Shown here piece by piece: positions 44,277 through 51,860 of a stretch of 59,733 bases of DNA. The position numbers and the translations under genes were made by a program. The stretch covers positions 1 through 59,733 of the forward strand of contig MHZB01000026.1 of assembly GCA_001828605.1 (NCBI GenBank), in the 5' to 3' direction. The notes under the pieces were generated by a model. That model ran no database searches. It was not told the origin of the DNA and saw nothing but the letters and a program-made list of their open reading frames with translations. The stretch comes from Planctomycetes bacterium RIFCSPLOWO2_12_FULL_50_35. Lineage in GTDB: Bacteria > Planctomycetota > Brocadiia > Brocadiales > Bathyanammoxibiaceae. The first letter of the stretch is position 1; every line of letters begins with the position of its first letter.

Positions 44277-46214
44277 ATGAATCTAGTAGAAAAGATATTT
44301 AAGACACACCTGGTATCCGGGGAGTTAAAGGCTGGTACGGAGATAGGTTTATCCGTAGACCAGACCTTAACCCAGGACGCTACGGGCACTATGGCCTACC
44401 TGCAGTTTGAAGCAATGGGGATACCAAGGGTTCGTACCAAGATTTCTGTGAGCTATGTGGACCACAACACCCTTCAAACGAGTGTTGAGAACGCGGATGA
44501 CCATCTCTATCTCCAGACGGTAGCGGCCAGGTACGGAATATACTATTCTAGGCCCGGGAACGGCATCTGCCATCAGGTACACCGTGAACGGTTTGCTGTC
44601 CCAGGGCAGATTATGCTCGGTTCCGACAGCCACACACCCACGTGCGGCGGTGTGGGGATGATTGCCATAGGGGCCGGGGGGCTTGACGTCGCCATGGCCA
44701 TGGCAGGTGCACCGTTTTACACGACCATGCCGAAGGTAGTGCTTGTGAGACTGGAGGGTAAGCCTGGAGCATGGGTGGCGGCCAAGGACGTCATACTTGC
44801 ACTCCTTGGGAGGCTTAGCGTCAAGGGAGGTGCTGGCAAGATATTTGAATACGGTGGGCCTGGAATAAAGTTCTTTCAAGTACCGGAACGTTCTACCATT
44901 ACAAATATGGGTGCAGAGCTTGGGGCAACCACGTCGATCTTCCCCAGCGATGAAATAACGCGCAAGTGTATGAAGCACCAAAGAAGGGAAAAGGACTGGA
45001 TAGATATAGGTCCGGATGGGGATGCTGCATATGATGAAGAGATCGTATTAGACCTAAACGGTCTTGAGCCGATGATCGCGAGGCCCAACAGCCCGGACAA
45101 TGTCTGTCCGGTAAGGGACGTTGCCGGAACGAAGGTGCATCAGGTGTGCATCGGAAGCTGTACGAATTCCTCTTTCCATGACCTGATGATGGTTGCCGCT
45201 ATCTTAAAGGGAAAGAAGGTTCCGCCCGGTCTTAGCCTGACAATAAGTCCCGGCTCCCGTCAGGTCTTGGAACTTATAGGCAGGAATGGTGCCTTAGAAG
45301 ACTTGATTGAATCCGGGGCGCGGGTACTGGAACCTGCCTGCGGGCCCTGTATAGGTATGGGGCAGGTCCCACCTTCGGGGGGCGTGTCATTGAGGACATT
45401 TAACAGAAATTTCCGCGGCCGCTGCGGCACGCTAGATGCCGAGGTGTATCTGGCAAGTGTTGAGACGGCAGCCGCTACGGCGCTGACAGGGGTTATAACA
45501 GACCCAAGGGAACTGGGCAAGTCGGTAAAGTCCTATGGACTGGGTAATGTAAGGATAGATGATTCATTCATAGTGCCTCCCGCAAATGACCCGGAAAAGG
45601 TTGTGGTTATAAGGGGTCCGAACATTAAAGAACTGCCGAAGAAGGGGCCCCTTGGTGATTCTGTAGAGGGTGAGGTACTCTTGAAACTAGAAGACAACAT
45701 AAGCACTGACCACATTCTGCCTGCAGGGGACCAGGTCCTTAAATACCGTTCCAATATACCCGCCATTTCCGAATTTACCTTTCTATACGTGGACAAGGAC
45801 TTTGTCGGCAGGGCCAAAGAGAAGAAGGGCGGCTTTATACTGGGTGGCGCTAACTATGGTCAGGGTTCGAGTAGAGAGCACGCTGCGCTGGCCCCGATGT
45901 ATTTAGGGATAAAGGCCGTTATAGCGAAGTCCTTTGCCAGGATACACAGGAATAACCTCATTAATACCGGAATCTTGCCGCTTGTCTTTACGAACGAAGC
46001 AGAGTACGATTCGGTAGATAAAGGAGACGCGCTGAGGCTTAAAGATGTTAGAACGGCACTTGTAAGAGGAGATAAGCGTATAGCTGTTCTAAACATTACC
46101 AAGAAGAGTATGGCCGTCTGGACAGAACACAATTTTAGTGAAAGAGAGAAACAGATAATTCTTGCCGGTGGACTGCTTAATTATCAGGCTCAAAAGAGTG
46201 CGGGTGGGCAATGA
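44277..46214 (+). CDS. acn: aconitate hydratase (short, about 645-aa Aquifex-type)
   Basis: MNLVEKIF..., [25 protein letters not shown]-terminal swivel domain [13 protein letters not shown] 44271 is an alternative start. Confidence 0.9.
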   Translation: MNLVEKIFKTHLVSGELKAGTEIGLSVDQTLTQDATGTMAYLQFEAMGIPRVRTKISVSYVDHNTLQTSVENADDHLYLQTVAARYGIYYSRPGNGICHQVHRERFAVPGQIMLGSDSHTPTCGGVGMIAIGAGGLDVAMAMAGAPFYTTMPKVVLVRLEGKPGAWVAAKDVILALLGRLSVKGGAGKIFEYGGPGIKFFQVPERSTITNMGAELGATTSIFPSDEITRKCMKHQRREKDWIDIGPDGDAAYDEEIVLDLNGLEPMIARPNSPDNVCPVRDVAGTKVHQVCIGSCTNSSFHDLMMVAAILKGKKVPPGLSLTISPGSRQVLELIGRNGALEDLIESGARVLEPACGPCIGMGQVPPSGGVSLRTFNRNFRGRCGTLDAEVYLASVETAAATALTGVITDPRELGKSVKSYGLGNVRIDDSFIVPPANDPEKVVVIRGPNIKELPKKGPLGDSVEGEVLLKLEDNISTDHILPAGDQVLKYRSNIPAISEFTFLYVDKDFVGRAKEKKGGFILGGANYGQGSSREHAALAPMYLGIKAVIAKSFARIHRNNLINTGILPLVFTNEAEYDSVDKGDALRLKDVRTALVRGDKRIAVLNITKKSMAVWTEHNFSEREKQIILAGGLLNYQAQKSAGGQ

Positions 46215-47143
46215 GGCCGAAGATAACCATAGTCGGGGCGGGAAATGTTGGAGGGACTGCGGCCCAAAGACTTGCCGAGAAGGAGGTTGGAGATATTGTG
46301 CTGGTAGACGTGGCTGAAGGTATACCGCAGGGCAAATCCCTGGATTTACTGGAGGCAGGGCCGATTTGTGGGTATGATACTAACATCATCGGTACAAACA
46401 CTTACGATGAGACAGAGGGCTCAAGTATATGCGTAATTACTGCCGGAAGGGCCAGAAAACCCGGTATGACCAGGAGTGACCTCTTGGAGAATAACGTCAA
46501 TGTGGTAAAGTCTGTTGTAGAGGAACTGGTAAAAAGGTCTCCGGAGACGATACTTCTGTTGGTAACCAACCCCCTGGATGCAATGGCGTACGTAGCATAC
46601 AAGGTGAGTGGGTTTCCCAAAGAGAGGGTAATAGGCATGGCAGGTGTGCTGGATACATCCAGGTTTGCCACCTTTATTTCAATGGAGCTGGGCGTTTCCG
46701 TTGAGAACGTGCAGGCGATGCTCATAGGCGGACATAGCGACCCATTACCATTGGCGAGATATACGACCGTTGCCGGTGTACCAATAACGGAACTCCTGTC
46801 TAAAGAGAGGATTGATGCACTGATAAAACGGACAATCCATGGAGGCGCTGAGATAGTGCATCTCCTTAAAACTGGTAGTGCATATTTTGCCCCGTCCGCA
46901 GCGATAACAGAAATGGTCACTGCAATACTTATGGATAAGAAAAAGATTCTTCCTTCCACCGTCCTATGCCAGGGTGCGTATGGGCTGAAAGATATTTTTA
47001 TTGGCGTTCCTGCAAAGTTGGGTTCAAAGGGTGTTGAGGGCATTATTGAACTGCACCTTACAGAAGAGGAAGGAAATCTATTACGCAAATCGGCCCAGGA
47101 AGTAAAGGCCGAATGCTCAGAGGTGGACAGGCTTATAAAATAG
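46211..47143 (+). CDS. mdh: malate dehydrogenase (LDH-like family)
   Basis: 310 aa. [12 protein letters not shown] Rossmann motif, [21 protein letters not shown] start/stop overlap with acn. Confidence 0.92.
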   Translation: MRPKITIVGAGNVGGTAAQRLAEKEVGDIVLVDVAEGIPQGKSLDLLEAGPICGYDTNIIGTNTYDETEGSSICVITAGRARKPGMTRSDLLENNVNVVKSVVEELVKRSPETILLLVTNPLDAMAYVAYKVSGFPKERVIGMAGVLDTSRFATFISMELGVSVENVQAMLIGGHSDPLPLARYTTVAGVPITELLSKERIDALIKRTIHGGAEIVHLLKTGSAYFAPSAAITEMVTAILMDKKKILPSTVLCQGAYGLKDIFIGVPAKLGSKGVEGIIELHLTEEEGNLLRKSAQEVKAECSEVDRLIK

Positions 47144-47152
47144 GAGCAAGAA

Positions 47153-47491
47153 ATGACCTGTGGCTCAAGCCTTTGGCCCTGGCTCTTACAGCGTATCAGC
47201 GGCCTGTTTCTTAGCGCGGGGGTTATTATTCATTTCTGGATGCTTCATAAGGGCGGTGGTCCACCGGTTTACGAACAGGTGGTTGCACGTCTTATCTCTC
47301 CATGCTGGGTGTCATTTTATTTCCTGCTGCTGGCGGTGCTTCTCTATCATGGGCTTAATGGCGCTTGGGCCATTTTCCTTGATTTTAATACCTCTTCCTC
47401 CGCTAAATACATATTCAAGGTAACGCTCTATCTTATAGGGTTTTGTACATTCACTGCAGGGGTTATTGTACTGACAGGCTTTACTCCCTAG
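47153..47491 (+). CDS. sdhD: succinate dehydrogenase/fumarate reductase membrane anchor subunit (SdhD-like)
   Basis: 112 aa, 3 TM helices. QRISGLFL...H and LLYHGLNGAWAIFLDF resemble the haem-ligand/quinone helices of small Sdh anchors. Confidence 0.6.
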   Translation: MTCGSSLWPWLLQRISGLFLSAGVIIHFWMLHKGGGPPVYEQVVARLISPCWVSFYFLLLAVLLYHGLNGAWAIFLDFNTSSSAKYIFKVTLYLIGFCTFTAGVIVLTGFTP

Positions 47492-47507
47492 AGAGAAACA
47501 AACAGGG

Positions 47508-47537
47508 TGTAGGGGCGACCCGCCGGGCCACCCCTAC
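47508..47537. repeat. TGTAGGGG...CCCCTAC palindromic unit inside the sdh operon
   Basis: tgtaggggcgacccgccgggccacccctac, an imperfect hairpin in the 57-bp gap between the two anchor-subunit genes. Confidence 0.7.
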
Positions 47538-47548
47538 CGGGATGAACC

Positions 47549-47914
47549 ATGGCAAAACTTTGTCAAATAATAAGTGAAATCAGGTGGAATCCTGGTACCG
47601 AGGTCATTTCTTTTACCTTGCACAGGATTACTGGTGTAGCACTTGTCCTCTTTTTGTTTCTTCATATATGGACCCTCAGTGCCGTGTTCCGGGGCCCGGA
47701 GGCGTTCAATAAGGCTATCGGCAAATTCGACAATCCCATGGGGCATCTCATGGAATACACGCTCCTTCTGGCAGTAATACTCCATTTATTGAACGGGCTG
47801 AGAATAACCCTTATAGACCTCTTCGACCTTACTGCAATACAGGGGAGGCTTCTATGGGGGTCTTTGTGCATATTTGTCGTGATAGCGGTTTACAGTATTG
47901 GGATGTTATTTTAG
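47549..47914 (+). CDS. sdhC: succinate dehydrogenase/fumarate reductase cytochrome b subunit (SdhC-like)
   Basis: 121 aa, 3 TM helices. LHRITGVALVLFLFLH and HLLNGLRITLIDL motifs. Confidence 0.65.
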   Translation: MAKLCQIISEIRWNPGTEVISFTLHRITGVALVLFLFLHIWTLSAVFRGPEAFNKAIGKFDNPMGHLMEYTLLLAVILHLLNGLRITLIDLFDLTAIQGRLLWGSLCIFVVIAVYSIGMLF

Positions 47915-47925
47915 GGGGAAATTTA

Positions 47926-49659
47926 ATGCCGTACCACGACGTACTGGTTATTGGAGGCGGGCTTGCGGGATTGAGGGCGGCGATTGCGGTCAATGAGATG
48001 AACGCAAGTGTCGGCGTTATATCCAAGGTACATCCGTTGAGGTCGCACTCCGTAGCCGCACAGGGAGGGGTTAACGCCCCGCTGGGGAACCATCCAAGGG
48101 GAGGACATGACAGCTGGAAGAAACTTGCATATGACACAGTTAAGGGCAGCGACTTCCTGGCAGACCAGGATGCGGTTATCAAAATGGCCACGGAGGCAGC
48201 CTCGCGCATCCATGAGATTGAACACTGGGGCTGTCCCTTTAGCCGCACGGAGGAGGGGAAGATAGCCCAGAGGCCGTTCGGCGGCGCCGGGTTCCCCAGG
48301 ACGTGTTATGCCTCTGATACAATCGGTCACGCCCTTTTAAATACCGCTTATGAGCAGACTGTCAGGTTCAAGCAGGCCGCCGAGCGAAGAGAGCTGGCTA
48401 TTTACCCGGAGTGGCTGGTGTTGGCGCTTGTAAGAGAGGGTGACGAGTGCCAGGGTGTGGTGGCAATGGAATTGAAAAGCGGTAAGCTGGAGGTCTTCGG
48501 GTCCGGTGCGGTTATATTTGCCACAGGCGGCTCAGGAAGGATTTATGCCAATACCAGTAACGCACTTATTAACACGGGCATAGGCATGGCTGTCCCCTAC
48601 TGGGCCGGTGTGCCATTGAAGGACATGGAGTTCGAACAGTTTCACCCCACCACCCTGTTGGGCAAGAACATACTCGTCACGGAGGGTGCAAGGGGGGAGG
48701 GTGGCTTTCTGCTGAATAGTAAGGGCGAGAGATTTCTGGCCAATTATCCTGATTCTCAGAAGGCCATGGAGGTGGCCCCGAGGGACATAGTGTCTAGGAA
48801 TATTACCAGAGAGATACTCGACGGTAGAGGGTTTGAAGGGGGTGGGGGCTATGTACACCTGGATCTCCGCCACCTGGGTAGGGAGAAAATTATGGAAAGG
48901 CTTCATGGGATACGGACGATATGCCTGGAATTTGCCGGTGTAGACCCCATTACCGATCTCATCCCCATCCAGCCCGGGCACCACTATACTATGGGTGGGA
49001 TTTCATGCAATACCGCCTGTGAGACAGGTCTGCACGGTCTTTATGCGGCAGGTGAGGTGGCCTGTGTCAGCGTGCACGGCGCGAACCGTCTCGGCGGGAA
49101 TTCCTTGCTTGAAACTCTGGTATTCGGCAAGATTGCCGGTGAGAATGCCGCCAAGTACGTGCAGGGCAAGGGGGCGGCCGGCAAGATTGGGAAGGCTCAC
49201 GAAAGGGCGCTAAAAAAGACGGAAGAGAAGATTGAGGGTTTATTGACGAGAGAAAATGGAGAAGACGCGGCTAGTATCAAGAAAGAGATGACAGAGGTGA
49301 TGGCTAAAAAGGTAGGAGTGTTTCGCGAGGAACGCTGCCTGGCCGAGGCACTTGCGTGTATAAAAGAGCTCAGGGTGCGGTTTAAGGACGTTGCGCTGAG
49401 GCACAGGGGGAGGGGATGGAACCTTTCACTGCAAATGGCCCTTGAGCTTGAGGGCAGCCTGGACGTGGCCGACGCCGTGGCGGCGGGCGCACTTTCCAGG
49501 GAAGAGAGCAGGGGCTCTCACTTCCGTACGGATTTTCCCAAGAGGGACGATGAGAAGTGGCTGAAGCATACCCTGGCGTTTTATTCCGAAGACGGCGCAA
49601 GACTCCAGTACTGTGATGTTAGACCCGGTCCGGTTAGGCTGGAAGAGAGGAAATATTAG
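47926..49659 (+). CDS. sdhA: succinate dehydrogenase/fumarate reductase flavoprotein subunit
   Basis: MPYHDVLVIGGGLAGLRAA, RSHSVAAQGG (covalent-FAD His), HPT, GANRLGGNSL. Confidence 0.95.
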   Translation: MPYHDVLVIGGGLAGLRAAIAVNEMNASVGVISKVHPLRSHSVAAQGGVNAPLGNHPRGGHDSWKKLAYDTVKGSDFLADQDAVIKMATEAASRIHEIEHWGCPFSRTEEGKIAQRPFGGAGFPRTCYASDTIGHALLNTAYEQTVRFKQAAERRELAIYPEWLVLALVREGDECQGVVAMELKSGKLEVFGSGAVIFATGGSGRIYANTSNALINTGIGMAVPYWAGVPLKDMEFEQFHPTTLLGKNILVTEGARGEGGFLLNSKGERFLANYPDSQKAMEVAPRDIVSRNITREILDGRGFEGGGGYVHLDLRHLGREKIMERLHGIRTICLEFAGVDPITDLIPIQPGHHYTMGGISCNTACETGLHGLYAAGEVACVSVHGANRLGGNSLLETLVFGKIAGENAAKYVQGKGAAGKIGKAHERALKKTEEKIEGLLTRENGEDAASIKKEMTEVMAKKVGVFREERCLAEALACIKELRVRFKDVALRHRGRGWNLSLQMALELEGSLDVADAVAAGALSREESRGSHFRTDFPKRDDEKWLKHTLAFYSEDGARLQYCDVRPGPVRLEERKY

Positions 49660-50379
49660 GTGGCAGACGCAACCTTCAAAATTTTACGATTCGATCCGGA
49701 TTCGGGTAAAGGTCCCTACTTTCAGGCATTTCGTGTACCTCTCGAGAATAAGGGACTTACCGTGCTGGATGGGCTTAATCACATACTGGAGAATATTGAT
49801 GGCTCCCTGGCCTTCAGGTCTTCCTGCAGGGCGGCCGTGTGTGGTTCCTGCGCCATGCACATCAACGGAAAGCACAGGCTGGCATGTAACACGCAGGTCT
49901 CCTCACTCAATACCCAGAGTATCACCATCAGACCCCTGGCCCACCTGGAGGTAGAGAAAGACCTGTGCGTGAACATGGATCAGTTCTGGGAGAAGTACGA
50001 GTTAGTAAGACCCTACCTTGTCCCTGGTTCGCCTCCGCCGGAGAAGGAGCGGATACAGAGCCAGGAGGATAGGGAGGAGTTAAACGTGGTGATTGACTGC
50101 ATCCAGTGCGGTTGTTGCTATTCCGCCTGCCCCGTTACCCTGAGCAGCAAGGAATACCTGGGCCCCGCGGCGCTCCTGAAGATAGACCGTTTTGTAAGTG
50201 ATTCTCGTGATGGCGCTCATGTCCAGAGGATAGAGCAGGCAGACGGCCCCTACGGTGTGTGGAGATGCCACAACGTATTCGCCTGCCAGTGCTGCCCCAA
50301 GGAACTTGACCCGCCCCGCTCCATCGCCCACGTCAAGCGACGCCTCATGCGCAGGAGACTGTTGGGCGGGGGTAAATAA
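49660..50379 (+). CDS. sdhB: succinate dehydrogenase/fumarate reductase iron-sulfur subunit
   Basis: 239 aa. CRAAVCGSCAM (2Fe-2S), CIQCGCCYSACP, and a C-terminal C..CC.CP-like cluster. GTG start directly after the sdhA stop. Confidence 0.92.
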   Translation: MADATFKILRFDPDSGKGPYFQAFRVPLENKGLTVLDGLNHILENIDGSLAFRSSCRAAVCGSCAMHINGKHRLACNTQVSSLNTQSITIRPLAHLEVEKDLCVNMDQFWEKYELVRPYLVPGSPPPEKERIQSQEDREELNVVIDCIQCGCCYSACPVTLSSKEYLGPAALLKIDRFVSDSRDGAHVQRIEQADGPYGVWRCHNVFACQCCPKELDPPRSIAHVKRRLMRRRLLGGGK

Positions 50380-50403
50380 TCCGCATTTCTAATTTGTAGC
50401 CTC

Positions 50404-50600
50404 AGCAAAATTCTGCATAGCTGTCATTCTGAGGGAGTGAAACGACCGAAGAATCCTGTAGGGGCGGGGTTACCCCGCCCCTACTCCAATCCGCCTTAGG
50501 CGGAAACGTGACAGTCCACCTTAGGCGGACCACGCTACATGACCAGATTCTTCGCTTCGCTTAGAACGACATACAGCAGTAACAAACTTTGTAGAACTCT
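50404..50600. repeat. family A palindromic element, full-length copy
   Basis: Arms gctgtcattctgagggagtgaaacgaccgaagaatc / gattcttcgcttcgcttagaacgacat. The interior holds GTAGGGGCGGGGTTACCCCGCCCCTAC and two CCGCCTTAGGCGG-type hairpins. Confidence 0.8.
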
Positions 50601-50726
50601 CAAATAAATTGTTAATGCAGGGGTAGGCTCCCGTGCCTGCCCAAACAGCAATTACCATGGGCAACCACAGAGGGTTGCCCCTACAACGATGCATATTTTA
50701 GAGAAAGTGCTGGGAGACAAAGATTT

Positions 50727-50781
50727 TGTAGTTGCTCGATTTATCGAGCCTGCTGAAAGCCCCATAAATGGGGCAACTACA
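50727..50781. repeat. TGTAGTTGC...GCAACTACA bracketed double-hairpin element (family C)
   Basis: Inner hairpins GCTCGATTTATCGAGC and CCCCATAAATGGGG, with 9-bp terminal inverted repeats. Confidence 0.75.
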
Positions 50782-50837
50782 CCGCCAATAAGGTGTACCT
50801 AGACGTACGCTACAATACTACGACCTTGGGAAAAGAC

Positions 50838-50888
50838 TGTAGTGGCAGAGCTCGCTCTGCTTAGTGTCGAGCAAGCTCGACCACTACA
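50838..50888. repeat. family B element (TGTAGTGG...CCACTACA)
   Basis: tgtagtggcagagctcgctctgc ttagt gtcgagcaagctcgaccactaca. Near-identical ends to the copy at 58345..58408. Confidence 0.8.
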
Positions 50889-50961
50889 TCAAAAATGGGT
50901 TGCACATGGCTTACTGCCATGCGGTTGTTGTAGTTACTGTAGCGTTGGGAGATGAAGGGCC

Positions 50962-51075
50962 ATGAGGGTAACCTATGATGAGCAGGCCGATGCCATGTAT
51001 ATATACTTCAGTGAACTGCCTGTCGCCGACACAAAAAGGTTAGGGGAAGGAGTCTTTGTTGACCTTGTGTCCTAG
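50962..51075 (+). pseudogene. truncated DUF2283-like small ORF
   Basis: MRVTYDEQADAMYIYFSELPVADTKRLGEGVFVDLVS* matches the N-terminal YD.EADA.YI pattern of DUF2283 (normally about 60-80 aa). It stops where the conserved G.IVGIEI strand should follow. Confidence 0.4.
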
Positions 51076-51095
51076 CATGATTTCGTTATTATTTT

Positions 51096-51584
51096 TCATA
51101 TTATTTCCCATCTATCCTTATGACTTTCTAAATTCTTAGTGGATAGACGGGTGTGTGTTGATTTTGTGTTCTTTGGCCTCTTTCCTTTCTTTTTAGATAG
51201 CCAATCTGAATAGCCCTCGTATATCATTTTTCGGACGTCTTCTTCTCGGCAAATGTAAAATTCATCCTGATTTTGTTCCCCCAATTTTACGAATACATAT
51301 ATTAAGTTTGAATTGGGGGGTTCAGTTTTTCTACGCACGGTTTGAATATCTCCTGATTGTGAAATTTCTAAAAACTTGCTTGCATCGAATTGCCAGTCAC
51401 CCTTTTTAATTGTTTTGACTTGGATTGTAATAGTCTTTTCTGACTGTTCAGTAATCCCGAGTATATCAAATTCAGGAACATTTCCAGTAAAAGTTGTTGC
51501 AACAAACCCTCTCCTACAAAGTTCTGCAGCAACTAAATATTCGCCAGCTTGTTTTATAAGTTGAGTACTTCTACCAGGCGCCAT
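51096..51584 (-). CDS. PD-(D/E)xK nuclease-fold protein, hypothetical (AT-rich)
   Basis: 162 aa. GEYLVAAELCRRGF ... FDILG ... IQVKT is the E / D / (E/Q)xK arrangement of restriction-endonuclease-like folds. Basic C-terminal tail. Visibly A+T-rich compared with its neighbours. Confidence 0.55.
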   Translation of the reverse strand: MAPGRSTQLIKQAGEYLVAAELCRRGFVATTFTGNVPEFDILGITEQSEKTITIQVKTIKKGDWQFDASKFLEISQSGDIQTVRRKTEPPNSNLIYVFVKLGEQNQDEFYICREEDVRKMIYEGYSDWLSKKKGKRPKNTKSTHTRLSTKNLESHKDRWEII

Positions 51585-51702
51585 GTGTTGACCTCCTTCT
51601 GGTTCTACTTAGCGGTTCCATTAGATGTTCCAGGGTTTTAGCCCTGGGCGTAGTTGCACAGGTGTTTAATATGCGCAGGGCGGAAGCTCTGCGTTACCCG
51701 AT

Positions 51703-51732
51703 TTTACTGTAGCGTGGCAGCTTGCTGCCACG
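51703..51732. repeat. TGTAGCGTGGCAGCTTGCTGCCACG hairpin module
   Basis: Perfect palindrome cgtggcagcttgctgccacg. The same module occurs inside the family A copies at 41008 and 57188. Confidence 0.7.
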
Positions 51733-51802
51733 TTCAACGTTGAGCGGAATGAAGAATCTAAGTAGAGTGCGTCTGGACGTACCGAAGATGTTGTTCACCC
51801 CT

Positions 51803-51825
51803 GTAGTGCCCCATAAATGGGGCAG
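51803..51825. repeat. TGTAG + CCCCATAAATGGGG hairpin module
   Basis: tgtagtgccccataaatggggcag, the same 14-nt palindrome as at 50760..50773. Confidence 0.7.
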
Positions 51826-51860
51826 CGGCAAATAATGTGGGGTTTTATAGAGATTCTTTT

